Under the pieces are notes generated by a model. The model saw only the letters and a list, made by a program, of their open reading frames with translations, made no database searches and was not told the DNA's origin. A stretch of DNA of 64,000 bases from Eledone cirrhosa (taxonomy: Eukaryota), in NCBI GenBank assembly GCA_964016885.1, contig OZ024742.1, positions 327,608,001-327,672,000 on the forward strand, given 5' to 3'. The translations under genes were made by a program, and so were the position numbers. Below, piece by piece: positions 56,263 to 64,000 of this stretch (position 1 is its first letter; each line of letters begins with the position of its first letter).

Positions 56263-56605
56263 GAAGCTATGGTGTCGCACATTGGGATCGAGCCCCGATT
56301 CAGCATCAGCATCTATCCCAACATCATCAAAGCCACCTGTTCTTCACTCCCTTCACAATCCTGTACTATTAATTACGCCGACCTCAAGTATGACCACCAG
56401 CACCATCACCATCTACACCACAACGAAGACAACGATGACAACGGCCACCACCACCACCACTCCCACCACCACAACACCCACCACCACAACCCCCCACCAT
56501 ATCATGTACTGTAGATTAGGGCAAATTCAAGTGTGTCTATAGGTCTCATCAAAGCAGACGACTCTTTCGGATTCAGTTTCAATCAATTTTCTAATCATTT
56601 CTTTC

Positions 56606-57168
56606 ATACATACATACATACACACATACACACACATACATACATACATACACATACATACATACATACGTACACATACATACATACATACATACATACA
56701 TACATACATACATACATACATACATACATACACACACATGCATACATACATACATACACACACATACATACATACATACATACACATCCATACATACATA
56801 CATACACATACATACATACATACATACATACATACACACACATACATACATACATACATACATACATACATACATACATACATACACACACATGCATACA
56901 TACATACATACATACATACATACATACATACATACATACATACATACACACACATACATACATACATACATACACACACATACATACATACATACACACA
57001 TACATACATACATACACACATACATACATACATACACACACATACATACACACACATACATACATACATACATACATACATACATACATACATACATACA
57101 TACACATACATGCATGCATACATACACACACACCTACACACATATACATGCATACATACACACACATA
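56606..57168. repeat. (CATA)n/(CA)n compound microsatellite
   Basis: Seen directly. Confidence 0.98.
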
Positions 57169-57442
57169 CTTATGTTACACGCTTTCCAATTCCATCCCTC
57201 CCACTTATTTCTCTCCCCGCCTTTCTCTTCCTCCTTCGTCCTCTTTCTAGAATCATCTGAAATCCTCATTCTCTCCCTCTTTGACACATGAGCCTTACTA
57301 GACAGACGTTGTTATCGTCATTATCACCCTTATCATCAACTCTGTTATCTATTGCAAATGATTTACAACGCAAAAGTAATTCTTATTAAATTTACTTAGA
57401 TGAAGAGAAAGAGAGAGACAGAAAGAGGGAGGGAGCCATAGT

Positions 57443-57518
<76 letters not shown>

Positions 57519-57556
57519 CACAGAGACAGAGAGAAGCACAGAGTCAGTGACAGAGT

Positions 57557-57587
<31 letters not shown>

Positions 57588-57942
57588 GCAGTGTGACGCA
57601 GTGTGAGGGGTAATTAAGGATAAAGAGACGGAGAAAGACGGGTAGAGAGAAAGAGAGGAGGGGGATAAAAAGAGGGAAATAGAAAGAGCGAGTGTATAAG
57701 ATTGAGTGTGGGAGATTGATTGATCGCGTGAGAAAGAGTGTGTGTGTGAGAGAGAGAGGGAGAGAGAGAGAGGGAGAGAGAGAGAGAGATAGAGAGAAAC
57801 AAAAAGGCAGCTATGTAAAACTAAGGCGGGGTCGAAGTTCCGATCATTTAGTAGGAGGTGGAGCAGAAGTTCTCGGCACCCATTCATGACGGTATTTATA
57901 GTGAAATACACTTTATTTCAATTAATTAATCAAGAATTTTGA

Positions 57943-58553
57943 GGGAGTTATTGGCAGTATCGGTAGAGCGTGGGACACTATGCTTTGTGACATAGAGTTA
58001 TGACCCTTTACGTTCAGAGTTCAAATCACGCCGGGGTCGATAAAATACAGCACCAGTAATTCATTGAGTCGATTTAAACAACTTTCCCCTCTCTCCAAAT
58101 TGCTGGCCTTGTGCCTATAGTAGAAATCATAATTTTGGCAAAATCGGTAGAGCGTTAGACAACATACTTAATGGCATAGAGTTACGGCCCTTTTCGATCT
58201 GTGTCCAAATCCCGCCGAGGTTAGCTTTGCCTTTAATTCTTACGGGATCGATAAAATACAGCACCAGTAATTCATAGGGTCGATTTAAACAACTTTCTCC
58301 CTCCCCCCACAAATTGCTGGCCTTGTGCCTATAGTAGAAATCATCATTATTATTATTATTATTGATTGGCAGTATCGGTAGAAGATCAGACGCCATGCTT
58401 TGACGCATAGAGTTACGGCCCTTGCCATTCTGAGTTCAAATCCCGCCGAGGTTAACTTTGCCTTTCATTCTTACAGGGTCGATAAAATAAAGTACCGGTA
58501 ATACACTGGGGTAATTGCTGGTCTTGTGCCAAAAGTAGAAACAATTATTATTA
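57943..58553 (+). mobile_element. Three head-to-tail SINE S1 copies
   Basis: Units about 57943-58127, 58130-58342 and 58365-58548, with (ATT)n between units 2 and 3. Confidence 0.85.
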
Positions 58554-59143
58554 TCAATTATTACATAAAATATAGTTCTTATATAAAATTGCATTATGAG
58601 CTTTTGTTTTATAAAATCAGAGATAGTTTTTGCTGGGTTGGTATCAAAAGGTTTTGAAGAATTATGATGATTAACTAAAGTTCAATTAATCTCAGTACAT
58701 GATTGGTACTTTATTGTATTGACCCTAGTACTATGGTGTTGGTAGTAGTTGTTATAGTGTGTGGTGGTGACTGTAGTGAGGACGGTTTTACATGGAGGCA
58801 GTGCTGATGACTCTAATGGTTGTGGAACAAAAAATACAGTGATATGGCTTAGTGTGATAATTGTTTCTACTTTAGGCACAAGGCCAGCAATAACCCAGTG
58901 CATTACTGGTACTTTAGTACCAGTAATATAGATAACAATTGTTCCTCTCATCCCTAAATATATAGTTTGAATTCATTAAAATGTCATGGGTTAGTGTGAT
59001 AATGGCAGTGTGTATGTGTCACTGTGCTTGTGTGTGAAACTCTCTAGGTGTTTGTGTGTGTGTGTGTGATTGTGTGTATGTGTATGACTGGGAGTGTATC
59101 TGACTGTATGACTGTGGGTGTGTCGGCGCGACTTTTTGTGTAC

Positions 59144-59221
<78 letters not shown>

Positions 59222-59763
59222 TGGGAGGGATAAAATGTTTATATACTCGCGTATTTATCCGTTTCAAGTAAATCTATTTGTATTTCTGAGGATAGTAAGA
59301 TATAGTCTACCACCCTTCATTTTAACTACAAACACCACCACTCACCACTACCATCACTACCACCTCTACGTTCCCTTGCACCCAACTACCAATATTATCA
59401 CCAATGCAACACTCAACTCCCGCAAGCACGACCCACCCCGCCCATAATAACAACTGCCTCAACACCACCAACAACAACGCCCACATCAACACACACACAC
59501 ACCAATAACACTCCCATCACCACCGTCACCACCATCACTACCACCATCACCACCGCCATCACCTCCACCATCACCGCCAACATCACCACCGTGACCACCA
59601 TCACACCCCCATCACCACCACCACCACCATCATCGCCACTATCACCACCACCATCACCACCACCATCACCGCCACTATCACCACCACCATCACCAGCACC
59701 ACCACCACCCCCTGACACCCCTCTTACAGTATCCTAAATTTGGTCCATTAAAGTTAGGACAAA

Positions 59764-59930
59764 GGGCGGTGGATTGGCAGTATCGGCAGAGGGTCGGACG
59801 CCATCCTTTACGGACTGAGTTCAAATCCTGCCGAGGTTAAATTTGCCTTTCATCCTTACAGGGTCGATAAAATAAAGTACCAGTAATACACTGGAATAAT
59901 TGCTGGCCTTGTGCCAAAAGTAGAAACAAT
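59764..59930 (+). mobile_element. SINE S1 with 18-bp target-site duplication
   Basis: attaaagttaggacaaag at 59747-59764 and 59929-59946. Confidence 0.9.
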
Positions 59931-61936
59931 TAAAGTTAGGACAAAGAAATGAAACTTTATTCACGGAAATGAAAATAATAAAATAATACGATAGAAAAAA
60001 AACGAAAAGGGAAGAGAAAAGAAAACAATTAAATAAGGCATGTGTGTGTGTGTGGAGACAGCAGATTCTACACTCCAGTCTAAACGGTATGTCTCAGCTG
60101 CTGCCCGCGAATAAAGTGGTGAAAGCATTGCCATGGTGAACTGCCAGCGACATCCGCTATACCAGCCAATCTACATAACAAGCCTCCCACTTCGGAAGGG
60201 ATGTATGTATTCCTCTCGGTTGAAACGTATTATATATGAAAAAAGCACGAGTACGCTTGAAACACGTTCGATAATGAGGTCATGTGTTCAATTCCCTTTA
60301 TTCCACGTTGCTCTAGTCCACTCAACGGAGCAAAAATAAGCCGTACCTTTAATTCAAATAGTTTGTCACGCTGAATCTTCTTAAGAATTATTTTAATGAT
60401 AAACGTATCTCTGGAATGCTCAGTCACTTTCACGTTAATTTCACCAACAGGTTGTTCTATTGACCAAACAATTGGAACACTTGTCAGAACAGACAGAGAG
60501 CTAACGCACATGTCTAACTGAATGACTAGAGGAGAGGATACCCGAGCATGCTCTTGAAGGGTTCCAGTCTAAGACCGGCCAGTGCATAGTGTCCTGAGCA
60601 TTTTATTTAGCTCTAGTCAACTCGCTGAAAAGAAATGCGTACCAGTGGGTACCAGTGTGACAAACACATGGATGCTTACGATAATTGCTGTGTAAATGAT
60701 TAAAATTAATATAAAATAAAGGTAATTCAGTGGAATGTATGTTTGATCTTAGTAGTATGTGATAACTCTGTATATGTTTCCGTCTCATTAAATATTATCA
60801 GCGAAGTATGATCTTTACCAATACTTCAAGATGAAGATAACGTGATAGATGAATAGATCATTTTTTTGTGTGGGAATGGTCAGTGTATATATGACCACAG
60901 ACGCTATTTTTATTCATCTCATTAAAGAAAATGAAATAAAGGGATTCATTGGAAGAAAGCGAGAACGTGTTTCGGGCGCTTGATAATACTAAGCACCATG
61001 TAGCTTACATAATTGATGTTATGTATACTCCCAGCTCAACCTTGATTTATCCGACCTACCCTGAAAGATAATCCAGCCGTGAGCATCATGTTTTTTTTCC
61101 AGACATTTTAGCAATGAACAATGCCAGCGTTCCTATTTAGCTAAGCTTGGCAGCCGTCCACGGCGAGGGCATTAGGGAGGCGCATTACTGAACCTTAAAG
61201 GATCAGTTTTATGCAAATTGATATAGTTAAATTAAATATATGTCATTTCATGCGATAACATAAATCGCGAGACATATTTGCTTTGTAGCAGCATTGTGGA
61301 AATATCCAAAGCATTGGAGTGAGCCGTATAGCATTGTAACCTGTCACATGATTTGGAGAAGGTGAGAGCGGACTCAGTTGAAGAAAATGCAGGATTAGTG
61401 TGGAAAGTGCCGAAAACTAGGTTTGTCAGCTTGCTAAATTATACGTTGAAATTATTTTATTTGGGAGTATATGATACAAGTTGTAGGCTCTACAACTTGA
61501 AAGACATACTCCCTACAATGTAGGGTTAACTAAGGATACTAGATACCGAGACACCGACTCTGTTTATTACTACATTATCCAATGTGCCGTTGGTGTTTTT
61601 TTTAAAAAGACAATAAGGTCTTTATTTAAGGTAACATCTGCGGCTATGTCAAGTAAATAGTAGATATCCACTGGGGTCTATTATACTACTTAAACTTATG
61701 ATTCTTAATGTTTTTCTTCATGCTCCAAGTGGACATGAACATTTCGATGACCTCTTCAATATAAAAAAATACATACTTGATTTTAAAAAGTTATAATGTA
61801 AAATTTAGAGCCCCACTTCCAATATTTAAACTTCAGTTACTCATGTGGAGCGCCCCATGCTTGATTTGTTGCTAAATTGTATGGAGACAACATTTTTGTC
61901 TGATGGCCCATTATTTAGGAGATCTGTTAAATGTAT

Positions 61937-61999
<63 letters not shown>

Positions 62000-62163
62000 G
62001 TGAGGTGGGGAATGATATAGTAGAGCAGTGCATAAATATAGAGCGAGAGAGATAGCAAGACACTGTATAAATAGAGAGAGAAGTAGAAAGAGATTTAATA
62101 AGAGAGTGTATACGTATATAAAACGAGAGAGAGAGCGTGTATGCGAGAAAGAGAAGGTGTGTG

Positions 62164-62231
<68 letters not shown>

Positions 62232-62460
62232 ACAATGAGATAGAGTATAAATAGATATTGAGATGTAGAGAATAAGCTGACGGGGAAGAGAATAAACTGT
62301 AATACTGGAGGAAGGGAATATAACATATGAGTGAAGGAAGAAACTATACGACATGATAACACTTGTTACCATAGCAAGTATAAAACATAGTTGCACTTTA
62401 TACGAAATAGTCAAGACTCAATCTGATAAATGTGACTGTTTCAATAAAATTGTTCAGTCG

Positions 62461-62532
62461 TCCCAAGTGGTCTAGTGGTTAGGATTCCGCGCTCTCACCG
62501 CGGCGGCCGGGGTTCGATTCCCCGCTTGGGAA
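62461..62532 (+). tRNA. tRNA-Glu(CTC)
   Basis: Full cloverleaf: tcccaag/cttggga, ccgcg-ctCTCac-cgcgg, cgggg-ttcgatt-ccccg, with A and B boxes. Confidence 0.95.
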
Positions 62533-62536
62533 ACGA

Positions 62537-62544
62537 TTTTTTTT
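62537..62544 (+). terminator. Pol III oligo-T terminator
   Basis: T8 run 4 nt after tRNA-Glu. Confidence 0.8.
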
Positions 62545-63142
62545 CTTCCTGCGTTACAATTGTGTTTCTTATGTTCAAATCTACAAAGAATGGGTGATTC
62601 TATTTCTATATAATTGATGTTTATAATAGTAAAAACAATTAAATAGAAAAAGAAAAAAAAAATTATTTAGATTGAAAAGAAAAGAAGGGAAAGGCAAGGG
62701 CTCTAGTCACGGAAGAATGGGGAGGGGAAAGAGGCAAGCTGATCGAGATCTGGGCCTAGGGTGCGGCAGTAATGGGCTGCGCTCCGTGATCAAGACCGCA
62801 AAACCATTCCCGTGGACAATGGCCAGCGATACCCGCTGCAATAGTCACTCCACCTCACGGGGCTCCATCCTCAGATGGGCCGTCGACTTTCAGATCTTGC
62901 GGAGGAGCTCGGTAGTGAGGGGTCCATGTAAGCCTGAGGTCTCGGAGTAGAAAAAAACTGAAGCGTTTGTAGTTATCAGTTTATGTATACATTCGGACTG
63001 ACCAGATATTTCCTTGGTACCGCAGCCTTGAGTTAATGTAAAATCGTGAGTAAAATTATTTTGACTGTATTTCAAAACAGAATTACACAAAGTACTTCAT
63101 CAGCATCTTCAGTTAATGTTCATTCTTCCAAAAAATTTTCAC

Positions 63143-63215
63143 CGACCACGACGAAATTCGAACTCGCAATCTTCTGATTCGAAGTCAGACGCCTTATCCA
63201 TTAGGCCACGTGGCC
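63143..63215 (-). tRNA. tRNA-Arg(TCG)
   Basis: ggccacg/cgtggtc, tctga-ctTCGaa-tcaga, T-arm with two G-U pairs. T6 terminator at 63130-63135. Confidence 0.92.
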
Positions 63216-63325
63216 AGTACATCTCTTCCAACTCATGCAAACATGGAAGAATGAACATTACACAAAGTAGTAAACAGGATAGCTATTTAAATGTCAGGTA
63301 ATAACACACAGACGCGCGCGCATGC

Positions 63326-63475
<150 letters not shown>

Positions 63476-63546
63476 TATCAGAAGCTATGCCAACTTTACA
63501 ATATAGTTCAAAAGATAATGACAAAAAATAAAGAAACAGTAATATG

Positions 63547-63597
63547 AAGCGGGATATCGGACCCCGGTCGTCGCGGTGAGAACTCATTTACTAACCC
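63547..63597 (-). pseudogene. Decayed tRNA-Glu(CTC) copy
   Basis: ggttag..tctcaccgcgacgaccggggtccgatatcccgctt aligns with 62477-62527. Confidence 0.55.
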
Positions 63598-64000
63598 TCC
63601 ATTCATATAGGTTATTCTCGTCCTCAACTCATGCGGTTTATACTCATCTTAGTGATTGGACAAGTAGGGATCAATATAATTGGTAACAATAAAATTACTG
63701 CAGGGGTACACAATATACTGATCCTATAAAGGTGGTACCCCAAATGGGTGCTGTCAAACTACTTAAAGCAGAAACAGAATAACGGTTTTATAGCTATTTC
63801 TCTGATTGTTGACTTTGGTGAAAGTGTTTAAAACAGTTGTGGATAGGAGTTTAAGGCCTTTGCAGTTCGTCAGAGAGAAATTGTTCCCTAACCTCCGATC
63901 TCTCTTCATCATTCTCCACTATAGGGCCACGAAACAAGATATTAGCGGTTCCCAACATAGGATCTATAGAGTCAGTACTGAGGGTCATTGAGCTAAGTTA

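Overview
This is AT-rich, microsatellite-saturated eukaryotic DNA with no recognisable host protein-coding exon. The SINE and repeat landscape looks like an octopus or coleoid genome, which is an inference. Nearly all ORF-track entries are microsatellite artefacts. The real content is: (1) a frameshifted, near-complete Penelope-like element (RT + C-terminal GIY-YIG, minus strand) and a second decayed GIY-YIG; (2) three Tx1/L1-clade LINE copies plus a 3'UTR stub, all in (TATC)n; (3) a Chapaev3-like transposon relic, RTE and CRE-like tails, and about 13 copies of a tRNA-derived SINE; (4) two intact-looking tRNA genes (Glu-CTC, Arg-TCG). The main signal is more than 20 type I hammerhead ribozyme motifs found by eye, 12 with a canonical core. 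They belong to many unrelated non-coding mini-elements, mostly beside (TA)n tracts and often built as tail-out fold-backs. Many share the layout ribozyme > AATAAA > GCTC..GAGC hairpin. Two occur as partial tandems of about 655 and 432 nt, like Penelope-mobilised retrozymes. All coordinates and pairings were read manually, and element boundaries are approximate.
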